Under the pieces are notes generated by a model. That model saw only the letters and a program-made list of their open reading frames with translations. It was not told the DNA's origin and did not search any database. Shown here piece by piece: positions 17,970 to 27,698 of a stretch of 64,000 nucleotides of DNA. The position numbers and the translations under genes were made by a program. This DNA is from an uncultured virus (IMG/VR IMGVR_UViG_3300020577_013366) (lineage: Duplodnaviria > Heunggongvirae > Uroviricota > Caudoviricetes): the IMG/VR virus record IMGVR_UViG_3300020577_013366; one strand, 5' to 3'. Positions within the stretch are counted from its first letter, which is position 1. Each line of letters opens with the position of its first letter.

Positions 17970-18269
17970 CGCGTCGATCGGGTCGGTCTTGGGCCGCGTG
18001 TTCCTGGGCTTCGTCACCGGCCGCCCGCCGGCTGCCGCGTTCATCGTCGCCGCCTGGATCGCCATGCCGAGCACCTGAAGCGCTCCGACGAGGTCGGGCA
18101 TGTGCTTGTTCACGGCGCCCCGGACCCACCACCCGACCAGCACGATCGCGCACGCGGCCGGCGACCCCTGGATCGCCGACATCATCCACTCGGGGATCTG
18201 CGGATCTACCACTGGGGCCACGAGGACAGCGTACCGGAGGCCCTTGATCTGGTCGAGGCGAGGCTCCAC
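17934..18269 (-). CDS. Small membrane protein
   Basis: Central hydrophobic segment. Confidence 0.45.
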   Translation of the reverse strand: MEPRLDQIKGLRYAVLVAPVVDPQIPEWMMSAIQGSPAACAIVLVGWWVRGAVNKHMPDLVGALQVLGMAIQAATMNAAAGGRPVTKPRNTRPKTDPIDALPQSRGGAGGT

Positions 18270-18396
18270 GCTGGCGCCCGTGCGGTTCTGGCAGATCTCG
18301 ACCTACGGTCGCGTGGCTGCGCCCGCTGCCGGCGACGGCGGGGCCGATGGCGCGGAGGTAGCGGCGGACCCGCTCGGAGACGTCGAGGCCCACGGC

Positions 18397-19089
18397 TCAG
18401 CCGCCCCGCGGGGTGTTGGTGTCGCAGTCGTCAACGTAGGAGTCATCGGTGCGCCGGGTACAGCGCGGGCAGACGCCATCGAACTGCGCCACGACGAACA
18501 GGCACCCGCAGATGCACCGGATCGAGCCAACCGGATCACCGCCGGGAACGCGCTCGCCCAGCATCGCCGTCGTCGCTGCCTTGTGGTCCAGCGCCGCCGC
18601 GAGGCCGTAGATCGGCGTCCCGCCCACGAACACCACCGGCTTGCCGTCGACGCCCCAGCAGGTCTCCAGCACGCACTCGAAGGGGAAGACGCCGTAGCAC
18701 GCCTCCGCGGCGTCCGTCCACTCGCCTTGGTGGCAGGACCAGCCCGTCTCGCTGGCACCGCGCTGGCGACCACACGCATTGCACGGGCCCGCGCGGTGGA
18801 CGACGCGGGCGAGCAGCGTGCAGTCGCGGTGCGGCATGCCCAGCGGCGGCTCCTGCAGGTCGAGCAGTACGTCGTGATCGAGCACCGCCGGCCGACAGGG
18901 TCCGCCGCGCAGGTCCTCGTGGTCGATGCCCCAGACCCGGCCAAAGCCGATCGAGCAGTCGGCGTCCTGCGGCGGGTCGGCGGTCGAGTTGCCGGCGTGG
19001 TAGGTGAACTCGATCTCGGCCCAGCCATGCGGGCAGGCGGCGAAGATGGCGGAAAGCGTCGGGGCGCAGGGGAGGTTTTGCCAGGTCAT
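18397..19089 (-). CDS. Cys-rich hypothetical protein
   Basis: Multiple CxxC pairs; ATGA overlap. Confidence 0.6.
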   Translation of the reverse strand: MTWQNLPCAPTLSAIFAACPHGWAEIEFTYHAGNSTADPPQDADCSIGFGRVWGIDHEDLRGGPCRPAVLDHDVLLDLQEPPLGMPHRDCTLLARVVHRAGPCNACGRQRGASETGWSCHQGEWTDAAEACYGVFPFECVLETCWGVDGKPVVFVGGTPIYGLAAALDHKAATTAMLGERVPGGDPVGSIRCICGCLFVVAQFDGVCPRCTRRTDDSYVDDCDTNTPRGG

Positions 19090-20120
19090 GATCGGTCCTT
19101 CGATGCGTAGATGTAGCCGCAGTCCCACGCGCGGTGGTCCTCGGATCCTTCGGGGTATGGGTTCGCGTCGCGGGCCCCAAGGTGCTCGACGAATTGTCGG
19201 CGCATGATCACCAGCGGGCGGCGCCGGCCAGAAGGATGCCGAGGCCGGCGGGCGCGGGTCACGGCGACGCCGCAGCGGGTGTGCGGCGCGTCGCGCCCGG
19301 CGACGAAGGCCGGGGTGCGCCACAGGTTGTACTGCTCGATCTCCACGATGAAATGCCACCGCCACGTGCCATACGGGGCCTTGAAGCAGTCCCAGCCGCC
19401 GTGCTCGTAGCCGAAGTTCGCCAGGAATCGCTCGGCCTCCGCGAGCATGCGCCGGAGTCGGGCTTCCCAGCGCGGCGTATCGTGCTCGGCCGACGATGCT
19501 GCGCGGAACTCCATCAGCCAGCTCCATAGCCGAAACGAGGGCTTGTGCGCCTGGCTGGCCGCCCGCACGGCCAGCAACGTCACGAGGCCGGCGCGGGCCT
19601 CAGCCATCCCGGGGGCGGCCACGAGTTCGGCCTCCTTGGCCGCGCGCGCGACCAGTTCGGCCTGCGCCGCCGCAACGTGCTCGGCGACCCACGACCACCG
19701 CTTGTCGTCCTCGTCGAGATCCACGAGCGCTTCGGCGAAGGACGCCCACTCGTCCGGGTAGTCCAAATCCGGCTGGTGGTCCTCGAAGTGTTCAAGCTCC
19801 TGATCAACCCCGTATTCCGTCAGCGAGCCGATGAGCGAGTCGCCGCATACCTCGCAGTACGGCGGCGAGTCGTGCTCGGTGCCCCAACCACCATCGAGGA
19901 ACAGGGCCGGCTCGTCGTCCTCGTCTCCGCGCTGGTCGGGGTGCGCCTCGTAGAAATCGGCGATCGCTGACTCGGCGCACTCGCGGCAGAAGTCGGTCGC
20001 GGCGTCGTAGGGGAAGCCCTTCACGTCCTGCGTGCCACCGATCCAGTGGCATGGCAGCCGGACGCGCGCACCGGTGCTGCGCTCGCAGATGAACTCCAGC
20101 AAAGCCTCGCGCTCGCTCAC
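19086..20120 (-). CDS. Protein with Zn-ribbon-like N-terminal domain (paralog of 54966-55658)
   Basis: PCHWI...FCRECAE...LDGGWGTEHDSPPYCEVCG..L.GSLT.YG...ELEHFED. Confidence 0.7.
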   Translation of the reverse strand: MSEREALLEFICERSTGARVRLPCHWIGGTQDVKGFPYDAATDFCRECAESAIADFYEAHPDQRGDEDDEPALFLDGGWGTEHDSPPYCEVCGDSLIGSLTEYGVDQELEHFEDHQPDLDYPDEWASFAEALVDLDEDDKRWSWVAEHVAAAQAELVARAAKEAELVAAPGMAEARAGLVTLLAVRAASQAHKPSFRLWSWLMEFRAASSAEHDTPRWEARLRRMLAEAERFLANFGYEHGGWDCFKAPYGTWRWHFIVEIEQYNLWRTPAFVAGRDAPHTRCGVAVTRARRPRHPSGRRRPLVIMRRQFVEHLGARDANPYPEGSEDHRAWDCGYIYASKDRS

Positions 20121-21364
20121 GACCGGTCCGCCTTGTACGCCGCCTCGCGCTGCGCGGTGTGCTGCTCGGCCTCGTACCGCGCGACCTGCTTCGCGGCGAA
20201 CATGATGCGGGCGGCGGTGAGGTACGCCTGCCCCTCAGCAGCCGCCACGGCGCGGTCGATGCCGTCGACCATGTCGTCCTCGCTCAGGACGACCGTGCTG
20301 GCCTTCTCCGCCAGCACCCGGAACAGCCCCTCGGGTTTGGCGATGCCGTCGAGCAGCAGGCCGCGGAGAGCGTCTGCCGCATCCCGGGGTGTCGGCCCCA
20401 CCGCGACGGGGTCGCGGCCGATGGCGGCCTCGAGCACCTTCCGGACCTCGGCGAGCTCCCGCGAGTCGCGGACGTGGCCGGCGAAGGTGTCCGTGGTGTC
20501 GGCGTCGCCCGGGCCGGGCTCGGCGATGTACTCGAAGCGGCGGGCGGCGATGTCGCGGACCGCCTTCCTAAACTCGGTTTTGCCGAGCTCGGTATCGTTG
20601 GGATCGAGCCGCTCCAGCTCGGCGAGCAGGTGCCACAGGCTGGAGGTCGTGATCACCGCCTGGTCGGCGAGGTCGCTGGCCTCGCGCAGGGCGGTGTGGA
20701 GCGCCTCCATCTGGGGCGGGATGTCGCCGGAGAAGGCCCCGCGCGCGGCCGCCAGCTTCAGCAACCGCAGCGCCGCGGACGGCCCGTCCTCGCCTCCATG
20801 CGGCGCGACGGCCTCGGGGTCCACCTTGTATGAGCCGTCCGCGTTGTTCGTCGAGTGATGCTCGAAGATGTATTCCCCGAGCCTGTCCACGGCGGCCAAC
20901 AACAGTTCCACCCCGGTCGCATCGGCCCCCGTTCTGGGCGAGAGCACCAGCCGCTCGAGCAGGTACTTGGCCTGCTTCCGGCGCCCCTGCTGCGCGGGCT
21001 CGGGCATGTCGGCGAAAGTCATCCACGGGCGCGGCGGGTCGAGCTTCACCACCGTCCAGCCGCGATCGACCGCGGTGCGCTCGCACTCGTGGATCGCCTG
21101 CGCGAGCTGCTCGACCTCGCCATCGGTGACCGGATCGATGCGGGCGTGCAGGATGGCGCCGACGCGGTAGCGCTCGAGCAACTCGGCGGCGGTGTTCAGG
21201 CGGCCCTTCAGGGCGTCGCCGGTGAGGTTGACGAACTCGGTGAAGGGTTGGGCCTGACCGGCGACATGGGCGAGCGTGGTGCCGGCGGCGACGCTGGGGC
21301 GGGAGCTCTCGTGGTAGAGGGCGGCGAGGAGGGCGGTGGCGGGGGATGGCGTGGGCGACTGCAT
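20117..21364 (-). CDS. Hypothetical protein with tandem RyR-like repeats
   Basis: Two HE..R..V..G.T...P...F......A..GR...A..LLER units. Confidence 0.6.
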   Translation of the reverse strand: MQSPTPSPATALLAALYHESSRPSVAAGTTLAHVAGQAQPFTEFVNLTGDALKGRLNTAAELLERYRVGAILHARIDPVTDGEVEQLAQAIHECERTAVDRGWTVVKLDPPRPWMTFADMPEPAQQGRRKQAKYLLERLVLSPRTGADATGVELLLAAVDRLGEYIFEHHSTNNADGSYKVDPEAVAPHGGEDGPSAALRLLKLAAARGAFSGDIPPQMEALHTALREASDLADQAVITTSSLWHLLAELERLDPNDTELGKTEFRKAVRDIAARRFEYIAEPGPGDADTTDTFAGHVRDSRELAEVRKVLEAAIGRDPVAVGPTPRDAADALRGLLLDGIAKPEGLFRVLAEKASTVVLSEDDMVDGIDRAVAAAEGQAYLTAARIMFAAKQVARYEAEQHTAQREAAYKADRS

Positions 21365-21477
21365 GCGGTGTTCCTTGGGTGCCCTGCGGAGGGCGTTCGA
21401 TCATGGGATGATCAGATTCTTCCTGGCGCCTGTAAGCACCCACTGGCGCCAGCGCAACCGCATGTCCCGATAGACCT

Positions 21478-21855
21478 TCATGCTGGCGAAGCTGCCGTCG
21501 TCGAGTGGGCGATATCTCTCCTGGTCAGCGATTTTCCCCTGGAGTTCGCTGATGAGGCGCTCTTTGAGATCGGACCCGTTCGGCGACACCGGAGGTCGCG
21601 GCATGTCCTCGGCCCGGTCTTGAACGCCACCCCGATGAGCACCTCGCCCTCGCGCTGGACGACGAGCGTGTAGTCGCCGACCACGAGCCGGATGAACGGC
21701 TCCCTGGTGTTCCCCATGAGCAGCAGCAGGCCCTTGAGCATGTCATGCCAAGAGCCATCGCCGGATAGCTCCAGGTGCGGGGTGTGGGTTCCGGCGGGGC
21801 CGAGGATGGCAGCGAGGACGGCGGGGCAATTTGCGATGTTGTCGGGGATCTGCAT
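21478..21855 (-). CDS. Possible roadblock/profilin-like protein
   Basis: Leaderless promoter TTGCGC-N17-CACCGT-N7-ATG; secondary-structure pattern only. Confidence 0.4.
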   Translation of the reverse strand: MQIPDNIANCPAVLAAILGPAGTHTPHLELSGDGSWHDMLKGLLLLMGNTREPFIRLVVGDYTLVVQREGEVLIGVAFKTGPRTCRDLRCRRTGPISKSASSANSRGKSLTRRDIAHSTTAASPA

Positions 21856-21897
21856 GGCTCGCACGGTGGGTCGCCACCGCTTCGGGCGCAAGGTCAG

Positions 21898-23502
21898 CTA
21901 CACGTGCCCCTGCGGATCGATCTCGGGCGGCGCGTCGCCGCCGAACTGCACGATCGCCTTCCGGAGGATCCACCACGCCATGAGGTAGTCGCTCGGGTGC
22001 TTGTTGGGGTCGTAGCCCTTGGCGCCCTTGATCATCTCGGCGATCCCCGGGGGCGGCTCGAGGTCGAGCGTGCAGGGGAGGATCCACCGGCCCTGCCGGA
22101 GCTCCGTGCCGATCGCCTCGATCCCGTTCTGATAGTCGTACTTGTCCATCCCCGTGTGCGACTTCGTCACCGCCATGGCGTACGCGTCCTCGAGGAGGTC
22201 GATGAACAGGCCCTGGCCGCCGTTGCTCTCGACGAAGAACTTGGGGTCGAAGAGCTGGCGGAGGGTCTGCAGGTTGCGAGCGGTCTCGTCGCCCTTCCAC
22301 CGGCCGGCCCGCACGTCCAGGACGCGGCGGTCGCCGTTGGCGAACACCACGGCGGTGATCAGCACGGTCAGGTCGGAGCCGAGCGCCTTGGTGTGGCCGA
22401 GGTCGGCCGCGGTGAACACCCGCCCGCCACCCAGCCAGCCGTTCGTGTACCCGGTGCGCTTCCACCGGTCGATGGTCCCGGCGGAGCCGATGTCGGTGGA
22501 GACCGCGGCGTCGCGCGGCTTGCCCCGGCTGTCGAGCTCCTCGGGGCGGAACTTCTCGGCGAGGCCGCGTCCGTTCTCCAGGCAGCGGGTGAACCACTCG
22601 TCGGCGAAGCGGCTCATGGTCGCCGGCGGGAGCCGGTTCCAGAGCATCATCTCGCGGAAGACTGGGCCGAGGTTTTCACACAGCGACGCGATCTTGATCA
22701 TCGGCAGGACGGTCGGGAAGTTGGGGACCTCCCTCGTCTTGTCAGGGTTGTCGGGCTGCGGGTCAGGGATCTTTCTGGTCGCCTCGTAGCGCGCATAGAA
22801 CCACCCGTCCTTTTTGCGCAGCACCTGTAGCGCGTCCTTCTCGTGCCAGATGTGGCCGATGGCCCAGATGCGCATCTTCCCCTTCGCGCGGGAGAGCACC
22901 TCGGCGAGCCAGTCGGCCATCTTCTCGCGGCTCGCCTGCGTCAGCGTGTTGGCGAAATTGCACAGGTCGTCAAAGACGATGATCGTCTTGCGCGAGCCGA
23001 GGATGCTGCCGTAGGCGCCGTAGCACTCCAGCGTCACGTCCGGGTGCGTGCTCTCGCGCTGGACGAGGATCTTGGTCGAGCTCCACTCCTCGCGCTCGCC
23101 CTCGGCGCGGCGGAGCCAGGGGAACACGTGCCAGATGCGGGGGTTCCTGGCGATCTCCTCCTTGATCGAGCCGAGCTGCTTCTTGGGGTGCGCCTGCGTG
23201 GCCGACACCCAGGCGATGCGCGTGTCCTCCGGGTCGCTGCCGATCTCGTGGATGAGCCGGCCGCGGATCTGGGTCGTTTTCCCAGTGCCGACCGGGCCGA
23301 GGATGACGCTGCACTCGTAGGTGGACCAGATGCGCTGCCACTCGACATGGCCGCGCTCCTGCTTCAGCTGCGCTCCGCCCTCGCCCCGGAACGCGTACTC
23401 GATGAACGCGTTGGGGTCCTTCCGCGCCGCCAGCACCTCCTCGGAGCGGTCGTAGATGTCGAGCAGTTGCTCGTGCGCAGCCGAGAATCCGTCGAACGGC
23501 AC
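21898..23502 (-). CDS. terL: Terminase large subunit
   Basis: Walker A GPVGTGKT, Walker B IIVFDD, RNase H-like AADLG, ESNGGQ and SDYLMA motifs. Confidence 0.9.
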   Translation of the reverse strand: MPFDGFSAAHEQLLDIYDRSEEVLAARKDPNAFIEYAFRGEGGAQLKQERGHVEWQRIWSTYECSVILGPVGTGKTTQIRGRLIHEIGSDPEDTRIAWVSATQAHPKKQLGSIKEEIARNPRIWHVFPWLRRAEGEREEWSSTKILVQRESTHPDVTLECYGAYGSILGSRKTIIVFDDLCNFANTLTQASREKMADWLAEVLSRAKGKMRIWAIGHIWHEKDALQVLRKKDGWFYARYEATRKIPDPQPDNPDKTREVPNFPTVLPMIKIASLCENLGPVFREMMLWNRLPPATMSRFADEWFTRCLENGRGLAEKFRPEELDSRGKPRDAAVSTDIGSAGTIDRWKRTGYTNGWLGGGRVFTAADLGHTKALGSDLTVLITAVVFANGDRRVLDVRAGRWKGDETARNLQTLRQLFDPKFFVESNGGQGLFIDLLEDAYAMAVTKSHTGMDKYDYQNGIEAIGTELRQGRWILPCTLDLEPPPGIAEMIKGAKGYDPNKHPSDYLMAWWILRKAIVQFGGDAPPEIDPQGHV

Positions 23503-23505
23503 CGG

Positions 23506-23658
23506 CTACCCCGCGTCGCGCCACTTCTCGCCGCAGCGCAGGCAATCGGCGTCGCAGCCGGCGAACGAGTGCAGGTGGGCCCGGGCGGCGGCCTTGGGGT
23601 GGTTGACCCGCAGCGTGCACCACTGGTGGCCGAAGATGAAGCAGATGAGCCAGCGCAT
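23506..23658 (-). CDS. Small Zn-finger protein (DUF1660-like)
   Basis: MRWLICFIFGHQW...CLRCG, 50 aa, below ORF-track cutoff. Confidence 0.6.
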   Translation of the reverse strand: MRWLICFIFGHQWCTLRVNHPKAAARAHLHSFAGCDADCLRCGEKWRDAG

Positions 23659-23684
23659 CGACCGCTGTTGTACCATGCTGGCCC

Positions 23685-23930
23685 ATGGCCAACGAAACCG
23701 CCCCCACCAAACCGTCCTTCGTCTCCGAGCTCGTGAAGCGCACCGCCGCCACGCTGCCGCCGGAGATGCAGGCCGCCGCGCTCTCGCCCGGCACGGACCT
23801 GCATACCATCCTGTTCGCCACCGCCACCATGATCGAGCTCGCCCAGCAGACGCCGGGCCCGACCTCCGAGAAGGCCAAGGCGTTCCAGGCCGCCCGCGCC
23901 GCCGAGGAGGCGGCGAAGGCCAAGCCCTAG
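23685..23930 (+). CDS. Hypothetical protein
   Basis: Good codon usage; divergent from previous gene. Confidence 0.55.
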   Translation: MANETAPTKPSFVSELVKRTAATLPPEMQAAALSPGTDLHTILFATATMIELAQQTPGPTSEKAKAFQAARAAEEAAKAKP

Positions 23931-25003
23931 AAGAGCAGGCGCTGGGTCCCGGCCTGCTCCACGATGCAGGCCGGGTTGAACCAGATCGTCTCGAGGCCGG
24001 CGTTCTCGCGCCCGCGCCCGTCCTCGGCCTGGTTGCCGTAGCCGCCGCCGGTCTCCCAGGACAGCTCGAACCAGTCGGGCGGCATGTCGTGTTCCCCGCG
24101 CAGGCCGCAGATGGCGATGCGCAGCATCGGGTTGTTGCCGTTCTCGATTGCCCATCGGCGGGCCCGCGGCGCCGCGCTGTCGTCCTCGTGGCTGTAGATG
24201 CGCTTCGCCCGGCGCTTGCGGTCGTAGGGCGGATCCAGGAACACGGCGGTGAGGCCGTGCGAGGTCGTCACCGCCGGCGTCAGCACCCGCATGAAGTCGC
24301 CACAGCAGATCCGGACGAAGCGCAGGCGCTCGGCGAGCGCGAGCATCCACGCCACAAGGCCGTCGAACTGGCGGCCGGCCCGGCTGTGCACGCCGCGGCC
24401 GTAGCCCACGCCGGTCTCGCCGCCGCCAGACAGGTGGGGCAGCTGCGAGGCGTGGACGCCGACCCCGAGGTTGCTCAGGTGCGGCCGGGTCTGGTGGAGC
24501 GAGAGCTCCGTGCGGTGGACGCCGTGACCGTTGCGGGCGCGGCCGGAGCCGCCGTCCATCTTCGGCTTGCGCTGGGGCAGAGTGCCGTCGCACCAGCCGC
24601 TGCCGAGCCAGGCCGAGGCGCCCCACGCCCAGATGCCGGCGATCTTGGCGTCGAAGTACTCGGGATCGTCGGCGATGCGGGCCGCGAGGTCCGGTGCCTG
24701 GGCGACCAGCCGGCGGTGGAAGCTGTGGAGCAGCAACTCGTGGACCGGGCGGTCGGCGTGGTAGGCCACCGCCTCGGGGTCGGCGCGCACCGCCGACCAG
24801 AAGTTCGTGAGCAGCGCGGAGGAGTCGTTGACCGTCTCGACCTTGCCGGGCTTGGGGCGGCCGAGCAGGACCGCGAGGCTGCCGGCGAATGGCTCGATGT
24901 AATTCGCGGGATCGCCGAGCCGCGCCCAAACCGCGTCGGCGATGTCGTACTTGCTGCCGAAGTACGGGAAACAGGCCCGGAGGCGTGCGGCTCGACGCTT
25001 CAT
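23927..25003 (-). CDS. DNA adenine methyltransferase (Dam/D12 class)
   Basis: FPYFGSK, YIEPFAGS.AV, ETVND and FLDPPY motifs. Confidence 0.9.
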   Translation of the reverse strand: MKRRAARLRACFPYFGSKYDIADAVWARLGDPANYIEPFAGSLAVLLGRPKPGKVETVNDSSALLTNFWSAVRADPEAVAYHADRPVHELLLHSFHRRLVAQAPDLAARIADDPEYFDAKIAGIWAWGASAWLGSGWCDGTLPQRKPKMDGGSGRARNGHGVHRTELSLHQTRPHLSNLGVGVHASQLPHLSGGGETGVGYGRGVHSRAGRQFDGLVAWMLALAERLRFVRICCGDFMRVLTPAVTTSHGLTAVFLDPPYDRKRRAKRIYSHEDDSAAPRARRWAIENGNNPMLRIAICGLRGEHDMPPDWFELSWETGGGYGNQAEDGRGRENAGLETIWFNPACIVEQAGTQRLLF

Positions 25004-25437
25004 CGCCGCTCGGTGAGGCCCGGGAAGTGCTCGCGCACCAGGTGGCACAGGCGCTCGCATTGCGCCGCGTCGAAGCGCCCGATGTGGGCCTCGTCCTTGG
25101 ACAGCCCCATCGCCTCCGCCATCCACTCATAGGCCTCGCCGCGCGGCATCTCCGGGTGGCCCCGGTGGCGCCCGCGCAGGGCCTTGCCCTTCCACAACTG
25201 ATCGAACAACTCGTGCGCGGCCATGCGCCCGCGCCGGGTTTGCAGGTCGGCTGGGAGACCGAGCGGTTGCCCGGTGCTCTTGTGGGCGCCGTGGGTGGCC
25301 TGGCAGCGCGGGTAGGCGCGACAGCCGTAGAACAGACCGTGGATGCTGTCGCGCAGCACCATCTTGCCGCCGCAGTCCGGGCATGGGTGCTCGAGCACGG
25401 AGCCCACCGGGAGGCGGTCCTGGGTCTCGGCGATCAT
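25000..25437 (-). CDS. Zinc-ribbon protein (DUF3268/topoisomerase-Zn-finger-like)
   Basis: CPDCG...FYGC..YP.C, R..AH..FD.LW, AY.W.A..MG......HIG.FD. Confidence 0.8.
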   Translation of the reverse strand: MIAETQDRLPVGSVLEHPCPDCGGKMVLRDSIHGLFYGCRAYPRCQATHGAHKSTGQPLGLPADLQTRRGRMAAHELFDQLWKGKALRGRHRGHPEMPRGEAYEWMAEAMGLSKDEAHIGRFDAAQCERLCHLVREHFPGLTERR

Positions 25438-25676
25438 GTTGCCTCCGAGGCCGCCTCTGCAGCGGCGAGCCGATCGCCCTGCTCGAGCAGGGCGGCGCGC
25501 AGGTTCGCGTTGTCCCGCTCGAGCCGCGCACGCTCGGCCTTGGCGCCCTCGCGCAATTTGTCGATGATCTCGGCGCTTTTGGTCAAGAGCGTCGCCAGCT
25601 GACCGCCGCAGCTGGTCGCCACCACGCGCAGGTCGGCGCAGTGGCGGTCGATGAAGTTCGGTCCGTCGTCAGCCAC
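25434..25676 (-). CDS. Small coiled-coil protein
   Basis: Coupled ORF. Confidence 0.45.
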   Translation of the reverse strand: MADDGPNFIDRHCADLRVVATSCGGQLATLLTKSAEIIDKLREGAKAERARLERDNANLRAALLEQGDRLAAAEAASEAT

Positions 25677-25902
25677 GAGCCACCTCCGCGTAGTACGTAC
25701 GGGGCGCCTCGATGACGAGCTCGGCGGGGGCAACCCCAGAGATCTGCTCGGTGGTGACGGCGCGGATGTAGCATCTGAATCCCACCCGCCGGCACCGATC
25801 CTCTATTTCGCGCCATTGGAGGCACGACAGGTCCATAGATGCGATCTCCGGCGGTAGTTCGGCTCCGGTTTTGTTGACGATGATGGGTGTGGGTGCGCTC
25901 AT
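25669..25902 (-). CDS. Hypothetical protein
   Basis: Coupled ORF. Confidence 0.5.
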   Translation of the reverse strand: MSAPTPIIVNKTGAELPPEIASMDLSCLQWREIEDRCRRVGFRCYIRAVTTEQISGVAPAELVIEAPRTYYAEVARG

Positions 25903-26273
25903 GGCTCGGTATCCTCTGGTCCTTCGGGCTCTACCTGTGTGGCGTCGGGGTCGCGTCCGCAAGCCCTAATGCGGTGGCGCGCGAGCGCGGCCTCGGTACC
26001 TAGCTCGGCCTGCTCAGCGAGGAAGATCTGGTAGCGCGCAGCGTCCTCGGCCGCGAGCGCCGCGGCGGCGCCGGGGCTGTAGACCAGCGCCTCGAGCTTG
26101 CGCAGCAGCGCCTCGCGGACCTCGGCCACGTTCGCGCCGGTGGCCTCGAGCAGGCCGATGCTGGCGGTGGTGGTCCACTTGTGCCGGTAGCTGTCGCTCT
26201 CGTCGCGGGCGCCGCGAGCCTCGAGCGTCAGCGGGATCCGCACCGGGCGGCGGGTGGGGCTGTGCCGGGTCAT
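25899..26273 (-). CDS. Hypothetical protein
   Basis: ATGA overlaps. Confidence 0.55.
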   Translation of the reverse strand: MTRHSPTRRPVRIPLTLEARGARDESDSYRHKWTTTASIGLLEATGANVAEVREALLRKLEALVYSPGAAAALAAEDAARYQIFLAEQAELGTEAALARHRIRACGRDPDATQVEPEGPEDTEP

Positions 26274-26548
26274 TCGGCTCCATCGAGTGCTGACCAGCTC
26301 GAGAATCGCGCCCGCGTCGGCGGATCGATCTTGCCGCCGTCCTCCCTGCTCCAGATCCCGATGTCGGTCTGGACCTCGAAGATGCCCGAGCGCGAGCTGC
26401 CCTTGCTCGCGCCCGCGCGGTAGGCCGCCGCGAGGATGTCAGGCAGGCCGGTGTCGGCGGGGAGGTCGAGCTGGACCACCACCACGTTGCCAGCGCTGAG
26501 GGTGCGTTCGAGCGACCTGTTGTAGCGGCGGAAGAACACGTCGATCAC
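26270..26548 (-). CDS. Hypothetical protein
   Basis: GTGA/ATGA overlaps. Confidence 0.5.
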   Translation of the reverse strand: MIDVFFRRYNRSLERTLSAGNVVVVQLDLPADTGLPDILAAAYRAGASKGSSRSGIFEVQTDIGIWSREDGGKIDPPTRARFSSWSALDGAE

Positions 26549-27114
26549 GGAGGGTTCGCCCCGGCGATGGTGACCCACGCCAGCTTCGCCAGATCGGCGA
26601 GGTTGAGCCGGCGCGCCTTCAGGCCCACCAGCGTGCAGAAGCCGACGCAGCGGCGGAGCCCGGCGGCGGCCAGCGCGGCGTTGAGCAGGCGATCGGCTTC
26701 GCTCTCGGGCGCCGGCGTGGTGCCGAGGATCTGAAACCCGATCTCGTAGTGGCCGACCTGGAGCGCGATCAGCCCGTCTGTGGAGATCGCGTCCCGCACC
26801 GCCGGGCAGCGGAGCGCCATCGGCAGACACGGGCGGCACACCATCGGCTCGGTGAGCACGAGGCCGTCCAGCGTCTCCTCGTGGGTGAGGACGAGCGCGT
26901 AGCCGTAGCCGACCACCATCGCATCGCAGACCTGGCAGTGGCGGAGCACGCAGGACCGGCGCTGGCGCTCCTCGGAGATCCGACCCCAGACGGGAGCTCC
27001 GTCGCCGGGCTTGCCCGAGGCGGCGAACACCGCCGGTCGGCCGCCGATGATCGGATCGGGGCGGACGACATAGCCGACCTCGCCGGACCACGCGGTGACG
27101 TGCGGCGGCTTCAC
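26545..27114 (-). CDS. Cys-containing hypothetical protein
   Basis: RQRRSC...CQVC...EPMVC..C motif; GTGA overlaps. Confidence 0.55.
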   Translation of the reverse strand: MKPPHVTAWSGEVGYVVRPDPIIGGRPAVFAASGKPGDGAPVWGRISEERQRRSCVLRHCQVCDAMVVGYGYALVLTHEETLDGLVLTEPMVCRPCLPMALRCPAVRDAISTDGLIALQVGHYEIGFQILGTTPAPESEADRLLNAALAAAGLRRCVGFCTLVGLKARRLNLADLAKLAWVTIAGANPP

Positions 27115-27698
27115 GAGACGGCCCCCAGCAGGGCGCGATCGCCCGCGGTCAGCGGCAGGAATGCGATCTCGCGCAGGTCGGCGAAGTCGCGGCCGTCCGT
27201 GCCCAGCCACGCCTCGGGTCGGCCGAGGCCGCCGCCGAGGTCGCGCAGCTCGAAGTCGCGGTTGTAGCCGCGCTTGGCGTCGCCCTCCTCGCCGAGCATG
27301 GCGAGGGCCAGACCGCGGGCGCACAGGGCGAGGCGGAGCGCAGCATCCGCGGGGCCGCCGGCCGTGTTCGCGGCGAGCTTGTCGGCGCTCACGGCCAAGC
27401 CGGAGAGCAGGGGCAGATCCTCGCAGATCTGGTCATCGACCTTCACCGCGGCGGCGAGGGCGGCCCCGAGGGTGCGGGCCGGGCTGGTGCGCTGGGTGAG
27501 GACGACGCTCGCGGCCCACCCCTCGGCGACGATCGAGCCGCCGGCGACGGTCCAGTCGAGCAGGGCCAGCTCGCCCTGCTCTCGGGCATCGGCGTCCGGG
27601 TGCTGGCCGAGCGTCATGTTGTCGAGGTGTACGACCGCGCGAGCGGCGAGCATGTCGATCAGACCGCGGATCCTGGTGTAGTCGTTGGCGGCGTCCAT
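27111..27698 (-). CDS. Hypothetical protein
   Basis: ORF in operon. Confidence 0.6.
   Translation of the reverse strand: MDAANDYTRIRGLIDMLAARAVVHLDNMTLGQHPDADAREQGELALLDWTVAGGSIVAEGWAASVVLTQRTSPARTLGAALAAAVKVDDQICEDLPLLSGLAVSADKLAANTAGGPADAALRLALCARGLALAMLGEEGDAKRGYNRDFELRDLGGGLGRPEAWLGTDGRDFADLREIAFLPLTAGDRALLGAVS

Noticed and set aside
21401..21604. 67-aa ORF overlapping 21478-21855
   Set aside because: May be real, but it conflicts with the overlapping frame and cannot be resolved without homologues
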